A DNA stretch of 64,000 nucleotides from a virus. The stretch covers positions 1-64,000 of IMG/VR virus record IMGVR_UViG_3300035698_032311. The stretch is one strand, 5' to 3'. Shown here one piece after another: positions 24,526 through 35,200 of the stretch (position 1 is its first letter; every line of letters starts with the position of its first letter). A model generated the notes under the pieces. The model was not told where the DNA came from. It made no database searches and saw only the letters and a program-made list of their open reading frames with translations. The translations under genes and the position numbers were made by a program.

Positions 24526-25296
24526 TTACAAGTAAGTTGGGTAATATGAAACTAATGTATCTACCTGATGTGCAGTACTAGTGAAAGTGAGTGTTATACT
24601 ATTTGTACTTGGCTGAAATTCAGGAAAAACACCCGAAAAATCTGAATTTGTTGAACCAATTTTGACTGTTTTTGCATCACAATCTATTATGAGAACATTT
24701 CCTGCATTAAATGACTGAGATACTGATATTGAATTTGTCGTTCCATCTGCTGTTTGATTTTGAAATTGAATTTTAGTTAAAGTAGTTTCTGAATCAACTG
24801 TGAACTGAAGAGTTGGTGAAGGGTTTGCAGAGCCTGTCATAACTATCGAATTTGTATAAGTAGAAGCAGTAACATTATTATATGAAGAAGATACAGAAGC
24901 TGTTGCTTTTCCAAATGGTTGGCAGACAAAAGTAATTCTATATGGACACGAAGATATATGATAAAAATCGTCAGGCATTTCAATTTCTCGAACAGTCGCT
25001 ACATATCTTATAGTTGATCCGCCGTATGCAATATCTAAATTCTTACTTTTTGGTTTAAGAAATTTTTTCATTTCATCAATCTTAGTTCGCAAAGCAGCAT
25101 TTGTGCTGCAAACAAGCATTCCCTCAATCTCAATTGTTTTTTGGGTATGATATATATTTACAATTTTAAAACCATCTGATCTTGCAATATTCTCAAGATC
25201 AATTGTCCGTTCAGGCAAGTTTTTATAATGAATAATTTTTGTTTTCCAATTCGTGTCTTGCAATAAATATGAATTAAATGTTACATTATAAGCCAT
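24526..25296 (-). CDS. distal tail protein (Dit-like)
   Basis: 256 aa, β-rich, immediately downstream of the tape measure as in siphovirus tail modules. Confidence 0.4.
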   Translation of the reverse strand: MAYNVTFNSYLLQDTNWKTKIIHYKNLPERTIDLENIARSDGFKIVNIYHTQKTIEIEGMLVCSTNAALRTKIDEMKKFLKPKSKNLDIAYGGSTIRYVATVREIEMPDDFYHISSCPYRITFVCQPFGKATASVSSSYNNVTASTYTNSIVMTGSANPSPTLQFTVDSETTLTKIQFQNQTADGTTNSISVSQSFNAGNVLIIDCDAKTVKIGSTNSDFSGVFPEFQPSTNSITLTFTSTAHQVDTLVSYYPTYL

Positions 25297-25322
25297 TGTT
25301 ATTATTTTTTATTTATTAAAAG

Positions 25323-27677
25323 TTATCTTGCACCCAATTTTCTAAGCTCATTATTTCGAGCTAATACCTTTTCCAAAACTCTGCCCATTTCTTGTAAATC
25401 TTCAGATTTTCGGATAATTGGATTATTTATATTTATAGTTATTGGTGCTAATTCACCAAGTTGATTTGAAGGAATCACCCGTTCGCCACCATGTAAAATA
25501 GCAGGCACTCTTTCATTAGGAAAGCCGGGTACAATGCCACCGAGTTGATAAGAACGAAAGCCCTTCATAAAATTTTGAAATGCACCATACATCGCATCAG
25601 ATAAAACTTGTATTCCTTCAATTCCTTGCATTCCAAATTTCTGTATGTCTTGTGAACTTAATGGTTTTTCTATTCCCGGAACATAACTAGGACCCGAAAC
25701 AGGACCATACGGTGCACTCATTGCTTCTCCCATAAATTGTCCAATACTTTCCCAAATACCTTTTTGTTTTTTTACTTTTTCTGTATTTTTATCAGATTCT
25801 TCACCAAGTTTTATAAGTTTATCTACCATTTCATCAAGAGTAGTATTTGTACTTTCCAAAGTATCATTAACATTTGCTTGTTGATTGTCTATTCCTGCTA
25901 TTTGTTCTTCAGTTAAACCTAGTTTAGCTACTTGTTCATCTAGTTGAGCAATTCTTTCTTCATGAGTTCTTTTCATTTTTTCAAATTCATCTAAAAACGC
26001 GAAATTTCTCCACTGTTGATATTCTTCTTTATGTTTTTTTCTCAACTCGTATTCAACATTTAACTCGTCAATAATACTATTCTTTTTTTCTTTTGTTGAT
26101 TCTTTGTGATCTGCAACGTCTTCATCGTAATCTCTTTGTTTTCTTTTTTTATCTTTAGCATATTCTTTATTTTCATCTTCAATTGCTTCCCTTAAATCTC
26201 TTAATTTTTCTTGATCTGCTCGTATACCCAGAGATTCTTCACATTCTAAATCTCTAGTCAAATCATCTATTCTATCTTTATGAGCTTCTTCCATGTCTGC
26301 CATTGATTCTGCATAATCTCTAGTTCTTCTATCTAAATATTTCTTTTCATCGGTTTCTAATTTTAATAAGTCAGCTTTAAGTTTATCAATAGTTTGAGAG
26401 TGTTTTCTAGCCAGTTCCATCAAACTTTCTTCATAATCTCTATTTTCTTTAGCTAACTGACTAGTAAACTTAGCATAGCTTTCAAGAGATGCAGCACTTG
26501 CTTTTGCAGCAACATCAGGCAATGTTTTAAATACATCACTTATTAAAGCTATGTTTCTTTTCAAACTATTAGTCCACTTATCCCACTTTCCTGTAATTTT
26601 TAAAATCATAATTGCAAGACCTCCTAATGCTACAACTAATGCAAGAATCACAGCAGTTGCTTTAACACCCGCAATTATCATAGGCAAAAGTGCACTCCAT
26701 TTAAGAGTAGTAAACCCAAGTATTAACATCGGTAACAATGCACCAGCCATTGCTATAGCTGCTGTAAAAGTAGTTAACATAACTAGTCCCACTTGGAGAG
26801 CAGCTGCGACTTCTTTATTTTTTGAAATAAAGTCAGTAAACTTTGTTACTAAATTAGTTATATTTTCTGCTAATGTACCTATTACTGGCAATAATGCTTC
26901 ACCCATCCTTATTTTAAAAATTTCTATGTTAGCAGACAATCTATCTAATGTGCCACTGAAAGTATTCATAGCGAAATTTGCACCACCCGTGAAGCGTTTA
27001 GATTCACTAACTAACTTATTATAAACTGCCATATGACGGTCCAGCTCATTAAATTGATTAGTTGTTTTTCCTATAACAGCTTCATAGTCCTTATAAGTTT
27101 GAGTTAATTTTTGGTTGATACCAACTGCATCAATGTTTCTTTCATTTAAGACTCTAAAACCAAAAGACATTTTTTCCATAGCACTTCCTGTTGTATACAT
27201 TTCTTCATGTAAAAAAACAGCAGTATCTAAAGTACCTTTCATTAAAGTATCCACTTGATCTAAATTTAAACCACTTGCTAATAAATTCTGAACAGTCATT
27301 GCAGCTTCTGAAATTGACATTAACCCTGTTTGAGCATATTTTGTTGCAAGACCAGTAGCATCTTCCATGCTCTGTCCAGTAGTTTTAGCCATTACATTCA
27401 ATCCTAACATTCCTCTTTCATATTCTTTATATGAATCTACAAAACTTTTAGTGGCTAACATCATTGCACCAGATGTTGCACCTACTACTAAACTTAAATA
27501 TCTAAACTGGTTACCCAGTCCTCCAAGTCCATTCACTACTTCTTCATGACCCTCTGTCATTTTTTTGCTAGATTTCTGGGAAGCTGTTCCTAATTCTTCA
27601 GTAGCTTTTTTAGCTTTATCAGTTCCTGCAGAGTTGTAGTCACTACTTACATGTATTGTTATATCGTTACTTGCCAT
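25323..27677 (-). CDS. tape measure protein
   Basis: 784 aa, long coiled-coil segments plus central hydrophobic TM stretch; preceded by chaperone with G-T frameshift. Confidence 0.7.
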   Translation of the reverse strand: MASNDITIHVSSDYNSAGTDKAKKATEELGTASQKSSKKMTEGHEEVVNGLGGLGNQFRYLSLVVGATSGAMMLATKSFVDSYKEYERGMLGLNVMAKTTGQSMEDATGLATKYAQTGLMSISEAAMTVQNLLASGLNLDQVDTLMKGTLDTAVFLHEEMYTTGSAMEKMSFGFRVLNERNIDAVGINQKLTQTYKDYEAVIGKTTNQFNELDRHMAVYNKLVSESKRFTGGANFAMNTFSGTLDRLSANIEIFKIRMGEALLPVIGTLAENITNLVTKFTDFISKNKEVAAALQVGLVMLTTFTAAIAMAGALLPMLILGFTTLKWSALLPMIIAGVKATAVILALVVALGGLAIMILKITGKWDKWTNSLKRNIALISDVFKTLPDVAAKASAASLESYAKFTSQLAKENRDYEESLMELARKHSQTIDKLKADLLKLETDEKKYLDRRTRDYAESMADMEEAHKDRIDDLTRDLECEESLGIRADQEKLRDLREAIEDENKEYAKDKKRKQRDYDEDVADHKESTKEKKNSIIDELNVEYELRKKHKEEYQQWRNFAFLDEFEKMKRTHEERIAQLDEQVAKLGLTEEQIAGIDNQQANVNDTLESTNTTLDEMVDKLIKLGEESDKNTEKVKKQKGIWESIGQFMGEAMSAPYGPVSGPSYVPGIEKPLSSQDIQKFGMQGIEGIQVLSDAMYGAFQNFMKGFRSYQLGGIVPGFPNERVPAILHGGERVIPSNQLGELAPITININNPIIRKSEDLQEMGRVLEKVLARNNELRKLGAR

Positions 27678-27855
27678 ACTTGCTTGACATATTTTTTAAT
27701 TTATTAGAGTTATGGGTTTGAAATTGTTGTTCTATATTCATAATCGCAATAATTTCTTCATATTTTGTTTGGGGCAAAGAATTGACTTCTTCTACTGTCC
27801 ACCCAAATTTTTTACATATTAAATAATCCATCAAAGATTTGGACTTTACTTTTTT
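27667..27855 (-). CDS. T-extension of tail assembly chaperone, reached by -1 programmed frameshift
   Basis: -1 frame from the slippery site is open for 58 codons and stops at TAA inside ATGGCAAGTAA, the tape-measure start. Confidence 0.5.
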   Translation of the reverse strand, partial: KKVKSKSLMDYLICKKFGWTVEEVNSLPQTKYEEIIAIMNIEQQFQTHNSNKLKNMSSKYGK

Positions 27856-28202
27856 CGAGATGAAGGATTCGACAACTTTCTTGAGTTCATTTTTTTTTTA
27901 TTTTGACCTGCTATAATCAACTCTGAAATTTTAGATATTAAAAAAGTCATATCCCCAGAAGGGAAACGACTTAATATTTCTTGAGTTACTTTTACAGGAT
28001 TGTCTTTTTCATCAACAAAATTCCACTCTTTGATTAAATATTTAAGAGTGATTAATCCTGCTTCATATGGGTTTTTAGCATACTGAAGTTCAGCATTTTG
28101 ATATGCTAAAAGTTGGTCCCATAAAATAATTTTGCTTCCTTTATAAGAAGGTAATGAAACTTCAAAAGTTTTTCGAATATCCTTTAATACTGGATTTTTC
28201 AT
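27846..28202 (-). CDS. tail assembly chaperone (gpG-like)
   Basis: 118 aa between major tail protein and TMP; ends in frameshift heptamer. Confidence 0.55.
   Translation of the reverse strand: MKNPVLKDIRKTFEVSLPSYKGSKIILWDQLLAYQNAELQYAKNPYEAGLITLKYLIKEWNFVDEKDNPVKVTQEILSRFPSGDMTFLISKISELIIAGQNKKKMNSRKLSNPSSRKK
27849..27855 (-). other. slippery heptamer A-AAA-AAG for -1 ribosomal frameshift
   Basis: Minus strand reads cgA AAA AAG TAA: canonical X-XXY-YYZ immediately before the chaperone stop. Confidence 0.55.
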
Positions 28203-28241
28203 AGTATTATTAGATGGACATTAAAACTGTCTCTTTAAAAA

Positions 28242-29246
28242 TTATACTGGCTCGTATTTAGTTGAATCAGATTCTTTATTTGTAATTAGAATTTCTAAAG
28301 ACTGTGTTGTATTTGTATCATACTGAGCAACATATGTCGGATTTTCAGTTAAAAATCCTGCAATAGCTGTATCAATCGGTCTTTCTCTTAAATGAATTCG
28401 AGGAAGCCCAATGAAAATTTGTTCAGTTGTACTATCAACTGTCGCACCTTTAAACTGAATAATCATTGCTCTTTTATCCAATCCTTCATAAATATCTCTC
28501 TCAGTCGTATCTTCAAAAAACAAAGTATAATCCCCCTCAATTTCTACTTGTCCCATACTTACTGATTCTACATCTTCATCTCCACTAACATGCTGTATTT
28601 CAGCATTGTTATTGTATCTAAAAGAAAGTGCTGAAAGTTTAGTTGCAGTAGCAGTGTTTGCTAATACAGCAGCTTTAAGAGTTGTATAAGTCGAGTTAGT
28701 TGTAGTAGTAAAATACAAGTTGTAATCTTTAAATCCCAAAATAGTTTCACCAGTAATTGATTTTGTACCTGTTTTAGTAGTAGGAAATTTTGAAAGCACC
28801 GATGCTGAAAGCGTTGCCAATCCATCAGAAACACCTATTTCAAAAGTGTTAATAACTCCATTAGTGAATACTCTACTTGCAATGCCATTGTCATAAATCA
28901 ATGTCATAGTTTTCGGTGCATTAGTAGATTTTACACTAATAGTATGAGTATATGCTTGAGTTGTTGCTGCAGTAGTACTAACAGCTCCTAAAGCAGGAAC
29001 AATAAGATATGGTGCATTCATCGCATCTAAAAGCATTTCAACATCTCCTTCTCCTCTTTTAGGTCCTGCAATTGCACCGCCTACTCTTTCACGAATGCCT
29101 CTTGCGGCTTCATCTTCTAATATTTCCTGAGTTCCATGTAAAGTACATGTCAAAAATGGTATCCATTTACTAGCAGTAACTGAAGTTCCAGGTGTTCTTT
29201 CAATTCCGATACCTAAAGAACCTTCTCTTCCAATTTTAATTGCCAT
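28242..29246 (-). CDS. major tail protein (candidate)
   Basis: 334 aa, Thr/Ser/Ala-rich β protein immediately upstream of chaperone and TMP. Confidence 0.4.
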   Translation of the reverse strand: MAIKIGREGSLGIGIERTPGTSVTASKWIPFLTCTLHGTQEILEDEAARGIRERVGGAIAGPKRGEGDVEMLLDAMNAPYLIVPALGAVSTTAATTQAYTHTISVKSTNAPKTMTLIYDNGIASRVFTNGVINTFEIGVSDGLATLSASVLSKFPTTKTGTKSITGETILGFKDYNLYFTTTTNSTYTTLKAAVLANTATATKLSALSFRYNNNAEIQHVSGDEDVESVSMGQVEIEGDYTLFFEDTTERDIYEGLDKRAMIIQFKGATVDSTTEQIFIGLPRIHLRERPIDTAIAGFLTENPTYVAQYDTNTTQSLEILITNKESDSTKYEPV

Positions 29247-29254
29247 AATTTTGT

Positions 29255-29476
29255 TTACTTTTTGTCATTAATTCGACCTTTGTTATTTTTATTTTTTTGT
29301 GTCCATATTTCAAACAGCGGACGTAATTCAATAATGAGAGTGCTAAATTCATTATCTGCATAGCACTTCGTTTCCAACTCAATATATGTTGGATGAATTT
29401 TGTATTTATATAAGAGAGAATGACATCTTGGACATCTAAACTCTCTCAAATTAGCAGTAGAAGAACGATGATTCAT
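29255..29476 (-). CDS. small zinc-ribbon protein
   Basis: 73 aa with CPRCH…. Confidence 0.3.
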   Translation of the reverse strand: MNHRSSTANLREFRCPRCHSLLYKYKIHPTYIELETKCYADNEFSTLIIELRPLFEIWTQKNKNNKGRINDKK

Positions 29477-29485
29477 AATCTTTTT

Positions 29486-29953
29486 TTATCTTGTAATTAT
29501 TCGAACAACTGTAAGTCGTGCCCACGATTCTAATGTAACTGCTTGTTCAGAACGAACTCTTACACTATAATCAATTGAACTGACATTTTCTACATACCAG
29601 TTCGTGTCAATTTTCATATCGTTTCTTAATGCATATAGTATAGTATTCTCTTTTAAAGCTCCAGTAGTTTTTTTCTCTTCCATTAAAGTAGTTAAAAACT
29701 TCATTCCAACCATTTCTTTCTTAACTTTATTTAATTCAGTCAATGCATTTATAATTAAATAGACATCTATTGTATATCTATATTCATCTCGTGCAGTATC
29801 AGCAACATTAATATCTGTCCTTATCGGTACAATTGATACACAAGGCAATGAACTCATCTGTATCAATTTAGGATCATCTAAAAAATATAATTTAATCTTA
29901 TTGCCCAAAGCAGACTGGACTTTTGCTCTAATTTTTAAAAGTGAGTCATACAT
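29486..29953 (-). CDS. head-tail joining / tail terminator candidate
   Basis: 155 aa; position between virion morphogenesis protein and major tail protein. Confidence 0.25.
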   Translation of the reverse strand: MYDSLLKIRAKVQSALGNKIKLYFLDDPKLIQMSSLPCVSIVPIRTDINVADTARDEYRYTIDVYLIINALTELNKVKKEMVGMKFLTTLMEEKKTTGALKENTILYALRNDMKIDTNWYVENVSSIDYSVRVRSEQAVTLESWARLTVVRIITR

Positions 29954-29955
29954 AG

Positions 29956-30444
29956 TTATTTGATATATGGACGAAGTATTCGTTTAATCCACCCTATATA
30001 TAATGATATTGCAAGATTTTGTCGCACTTCATCAAATCGGAGCATTATTCTTTGAGGTATTCTTGATGTTCCAAGTTGATGAAATTTGAAGTATGGAGTT
30101 GGATTGAAAACTGTGAGCAAACCAGTTGGAATATAACCCGGTGTCATATGAGCTAAACTTCTTGTCCTGACTTGATAGCTAAAACTACCTTTCATTCTTC
30201 CTGTTTTAACTAATGGAATTGGAGGAAACCCCTGTTTAACCTTTTTAACTATTGTTACTGGTCTAAGTTTAGGCCATGCTTTTCCAAATTCACGACCGCC
30301 AGAAGCAAACTGCTCTTGAATATCTGGCATAAAAATTAAAGCATATTCCTTTAAAACCTCACGGGGATTCATCAAAGATGCTTCAATTTTTGAAAAATTT
30401 CTTAATACTTTGTCTATTCCTTCAATTTCAATACTTATATTCAT
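29956..30444 (-). CDS. virion morphogenesis / tail-component protein (HK97 gp10 / Mu G-like)
   Basis: …LVKTGRMKGSF…YFKFHQLGTSRIPQR… resembles the family motifs L.kTG.L..S and y..hQ.G. Confidence 0.4.
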   Translation of the reverse strand: MNISIEIEGIDKVLRNFSKIEASLMNPREVLKEYALIFMPDIQEQFASGGREFGKAWPKLRPVTIVKKVKQGFPPIPLVKTGRMKGSFSYQVRTRSLAHMTPGYIPTGLLTVFNPTPYFKFHQLGTSRIPQRIMLRFDEVRQNLAISLYIGWIKRILRPYIK

Positions 30445-30513
30445 CTATTTATCTTAAAATCAATTCTTGAAATTGTAAACTTTTCTTACAGAATTTTTGA
30501 TCAGTTATACTGT

Positions 30514-31470
30514 TTATGAAGTTGGATTGTCTGGATCTTTCATTTTAAAGTGTTCGTCACCAACGTTGAACATTTCACCTTCATCTTCTTGATTATACAC
30601 ATTTGAACTTGAAGCCTTAATTGTTGATGTTTTAGCCAATAAATCTCCACTGTCATCTCTTAAAGTTATTAATCCATCTCGTATTTTTTTAAGTAAGCTT
30701 TCAGCCCTGTCAATTTTTCTTTGACCTGTTTTGCTAATATTTATATCTGCTTCCATCCCGAATTCTTTAGCTAACAGTAAACCCGCTGCTAACAATCTAG
30801 TTATCTGCTCAAATATTTTTGGAGAAGAACTGAAGGGCAAAGAATACACAGTAGCGACTGAACTTTCAGCCTGATTTTCAGCTTCATTACGGTAATCTGA
30901 AATAATGCCGTCTGGAATATAATAGTTTTCTTCCATTCCTGCTTCTAATTTAATTTTATATAATGAAGTGTAATGTTCTGATTCACCTGCTTTAGTAGCA
31001 ATTGCATCAGTAGTTGCTGTTTCTGTTGATGTTGTTGAATTGTAATATGTCGCTTTATACCATGATGTACTCAGTCCATTTGTATCTTCAAACATCGTTC
31101 CATTCGGGCTATCTGCTTCTATATCAACAGGTGAGCCTTCAGCTAATAAATGACTATATGTACCTGATTCAGATGTTGCTCGATAAAACTTTCTTTGATT
31201 GTAAAGAATCTTAGTAATAGGTTCATTGGTAGAATGAGCATGTTTAGTAGCTGAACTAATAGTAATTGATTTTAAATCAGCCGAAACTGATGAAACTTGT
31301 TTTAATTCTGCTGTTTCATGTCCATTATAACCTAAAACGAGATAATTATTTTCTTCAAATCCTTGATTATTATCTACTGAAAGTTCAGTCTGGTTGATGT
31401 CTTCATCACCAGAAAAATATGTTTTTTCAGTAAGTACGAAGTCTTCAGTTGACGCGATTAAAATTTGCAT
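30514..31470 (-). CDS. virion structural protein (hypothetical)
   Basis: 318 aa, structural-module position. Confidence 0.3.
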   Translation of the reverse strand: MQILIASTEDFVLTEKTYFSGDEDINQTELSVDNNQGFEENNYLVLGYNGHETAELKQVSSVSADLKSITISSATKHAHSTNEPITKILYNQRKFYRATSESGTYSHLLAEGSPVDIEADSPNGTMFEDTNGLSTSWYKATYYNSTTSTETATTDAIATKAGESEHYTSLYKIKLEAGMEENYYIPDGIISDYRNEAENQAESSVATVYSLPFSSSPKIFEQITRLLAAGLLLAKEFGMEADINISKTGQRKIDRAESLLKKIRDGLITLRDDSGDLLAKTSTIKASSSNVYNQEDEGEMFNVGDEHFKMKDPDNPTS

Positions 31471-31485
31471 GTTAATTGAAAATTT

Positions 31486-32229
31486 TTATTTTATTAATGT
31501 TTGTCTTGAACCGATTGTATCTACTTCAAAATGAAAATCAAATTCTAGTATTGTTGGGCTTTGTGCATTTGTTGTTCCTACCCAAGTATCTCCAACAGAA
31601 TCTCTCCATAATCTACATACTAATATTGAAGAAATAGTTTTATCTGTTCCGTCAACAACAACTTCTGGTGTCATTAAATGGGCATCATTTGTAGATTGAC
31701 AAGCGTCTGATAAATCTGCTGTTGCACTAGAAGCAAAAGTTCCATCTATATGTGCCCAAGAATAATCAAGTTTCCAAACAACAATTGCTGTTCCTTCTGC
31801 AATTCCTCTATCACCAGGTGTCCAATGTAAATGGGCTTTAATATCAGTTCCTTCTTTATAAGAATGTGGCATTTGACAAGTAAAGAAAACTTCATCATTC
31901 TCTTTAAACTTATATACTTTAAATTCTGTACCCGAACCACCCGGTTGCCAAGTTTGTATAGAAGGGTCAGAAGTACCAGCAAACTGGAATGCACCTGGAA
32001 CAATTCTTAAATCGTCCCATACTACTGCATTTCCATTAAATTCTAGTGTTCCGTCTAATTCTATTTTAGAATAATTACCTCCGTCGTAGTCGCCTAAAAA
32101 AACGTTCCCATTACTGTCTACAACAATTCTTTTGACAGGGGCAGAGTCATCATTCGCAAAAACTCTATGAGATAATGAATGGTCTGGACTATTTAATGTA
32201 TTTGAACTAGTTGGTTGTTGGATTGCCAT
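31486..32229 (-). CDS. virion structural protein, β-sandwich-like (hypothetical)
   Basis: 247 aa, structural-module position. Confidence 0.3.
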   Translation of the reverse strand: MAIQQPTSSNTLNSPDHSLSHRVFANDDSAPVKRIVVDSNGNVFLGDYDGGNYSKIELDGTLEFNGNAVVWDDLRIVPGAFQFAGTSDPSIQTWQPGGSGTEFKVYKFKENDEVFFTCQMPHSYKEGTDIKAHLHWTPGDRGIAEGTAIVVWKLDYSWAHIDGTFASSATADLSDACQSTNDAHLMTPEVVVDGTDKTISSILVCRLWRDSVGDTWVGTTNAQSPTILEFDFHFEVDTIGSRQTLIK

Positions 32230-32230
32230 A

Positions 32231-35200
32231 TTATTTTGATAAAAGAGTTGTTTTACCTTTTTTAGTTGTTAATAATGTTTTTTGTTTTTTTGTCAATAAC
32301 ATTGCCTTATGACCTTTAGTAAGCAATATTGCTTTATGTGGCAATGGTGTTGTTGCAAATATATTTGAAATTATTTCAGCGAATGATATCGAATCTTTAA
32401 GCGGTAATTCGAATTCTCTGATTAATGTATCAATCAATTCAAAAGTATCACACACTTTAATTCGAATATCTTTAGAAAGTGTTTCAGCTAATGGTAATTT
32501 TTCTGAAATAACTAACTCACTGCTCTTAGCTTTTTTAAAATCTTCAGTCAATACTAAGAAATCTGTTTCTGATAATATATAATGTTTTTGGACAATTTCA
32601 GAAAGTAAAATCAATTCATCCACAGATACTGTCCAAACTTTTCCTAGTTCAATTACTTCATTTAGGGTAACAATATCTGTGAAATGTTTTTTGATTGTTG
32701 AAAATGTATTTAATGAATCTATTAAATCAAATACATCAAATTTTTGAAGTCTAATATTTTTATTTAATGAATCAGCGAAAGTCAAAGAATCAGATGGTTT
32801 CAATTCTAATGTTCTTGTTAATATATCTGAAAAACTTAGAGTGTCAGCAATATTCACGCTTCTCAATCTTTGCATTTGGTCAATAAAAGCAATACTATCA
32901 GTTTTCGACAATTCCACATTTTTAGCCAGAGTTTCTAAAAATTGTAACGAGTCTTGTTTTTTAACTGAAATGTCTTTAACTAAAGATTCAATAAGTCCAA
33001 TCGTATCAGCTAAACTAATTTCCTTAACAGCAATATGAGATAATGTATCAATAAAAGAAATAGCTTCAGTTTTTGAAAATGAGGTTAATTTAGATAAAGA
33101 ATCTGCTAAAGTTATATTATCAGATAATGCTCGCTGAAAAGCAGTAATATTTATTAAAACTTCTGTAAGACTAATTGATTCTGAAATATTCTTGCCAACA
33201 TTAAAAATAGGAATAGGACTATAGTTGTATTGGTCATATGGATATCCATACTCACCCTCTGCTCCACCGTAACTAATTGGGTGTCCTGACAAGAATAATA
33301 AACTTTCAATTTGTTGAATCCCTATTGTTTTTAAAAGTGTTTCAGATAAAACAAAACTATCATCTTTTTTCAAAGTAACTGATTTTTTCAATGCCTCAAA
33401 TAAGGTGAATGAATCTGAAAATGTTCGTTGAATTGATAAAAATGAACTCAAAATATCTGTTAACAAAAGTGTTTCATTCTTTGAAAGACCACTACCAGTT
33501 TTTAGATTTTCAGCCAATGATAAAGTTTCACTTATACTTTCTTCTACACCAGTCCATCTTTGCATTACTTCTGCGAATTGAAAACTGTCAGATAAAGGAA
33601 TATCTACACTTTTAGAAACAGCTTCAGCTATTATCAAAGTATCTGCCAATGCTCTTATATAAGCAGATATTGGCGAAATAGAATCAATCAATGAAAATGT
33701 TTCAGATAATCTTCTTTTAGTTGTAAGAATCTTATCTACAGTTTCTGATAAAGAAATTGTTTCTGTTTTTGTTAACTCAATATTTTTAGTTAAAGATTCT
33801 GTTAGTGCGATTGAATCAGTAATATTTTTACCAAAGTCCAGTAAATTCGATTCTGATATTGGCATTGTAGCAGTTTGGGCGATTAAAATATCTTTTATTA
33901 AACTTTCGGCCAGTGTGATTGAGTCAGATAAAGACTGCCCTCTTACTCTTAAAAGAGATTCTGCCAATGTAATAGCTTCTGATAATGTTCGTTCAGCAGA
34001 TATTAAACGGGCAAATGATTCTGCTAAGTTAAAAGTTTCAAAAACATTTTTGCCCAAAGATTTACTGTAAATAACTGAGAACAGGATTGAAGATGCTAAT
34101 GATTTCTTAATTGTTGATTCAGCAGACAAACTTTCAATAAGAGTTAAACTATCGGTTAACGACAAACCTTCTATGCTTTCTAAAATTGCAGAAAGTGTCA
34201 GTATTTCAGACAAAGAAAGTCCTGTATCTTTTATAATTGATTCTGCTAATGTAAGATTGTCAGTTAAAGATTGAGTAAGAATCCCACCAGTTGAAATTGA
34301 TTCTGCTAATGCAAAACTATCAGTTTTTGAAACATCAATAGCTTTCTTTAAAGCTTCACTAAATGTTAATGTGCTCGGTGTTGTAGATGTCCTGCCAATA
34401 TCTAAATATTTAAGAACTTCAGATACTGACATTGTATCTGTTAATGTTTTTGTATAAGATGTTCCTCCTGATGGTGTATAGGTGGCGTAGATGGAGTATT
34501 TATTACTATTAGTAGAAAAAGAAGCTGTGCTTGGCCAGGAATCATAAGTAGGATTTGTGTCTTTCCCACCTGCTCCACTTGAATTGTAAGCTATTCGGCC
34601 ACCTTGATCATTAAAAAATGCAGTAATATAGTAATTTTGGGCAGTAATAGGGGCATCAGAAATGTCATAATCATTAAATCCCGCAATAGCATCAGCGTTA
34701 TGTTCTGTGGTGCTTTGAGGATTTACTAACGAACTATCAGAAACCACATAAAGCCCCGCTTTACTCCTATGAGTAGACCCAGGTTCATACTTAAGACCAA
34801 CTGAAATAGTTTGAACTGTTCCTGACTCAGAAGCGGAATAATTACCACCCAATAAACCATCCTGTAAAAGAGTATTACTACTTCCAATAGTTTCATATCC
34901 AAAAGTCGTTCCCTTACTACTTAATGGATAAATCGCATTGTTCAAAAAGTCCTGCGGGATAGTAATAGTCATTATTCCCTTTTTCTCATCTATATTTCTT
35001 TCTTCCCAAGTCCAATTTCCCACACTATCAGTCATTCTCGGTCTATAAACTATTCCCATCTGTCCTGTTTTATATTCTTTACCAGTAGAACTATTCATTC
35101 TACCTTTTGTCTGATGATCAACTGCATAACTACCAACTACATTTTCGGGTCTATCTACTAAAATATTTCCCTCTAAATCTTTGACTTGAGTTTCGGTAAC

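Noticed and set aside
26551-27024. 157-aa plus ORF
   Set aside because: It is antisense within the tape measure gene, hydrophobic low-complexity, and a frame artefact.
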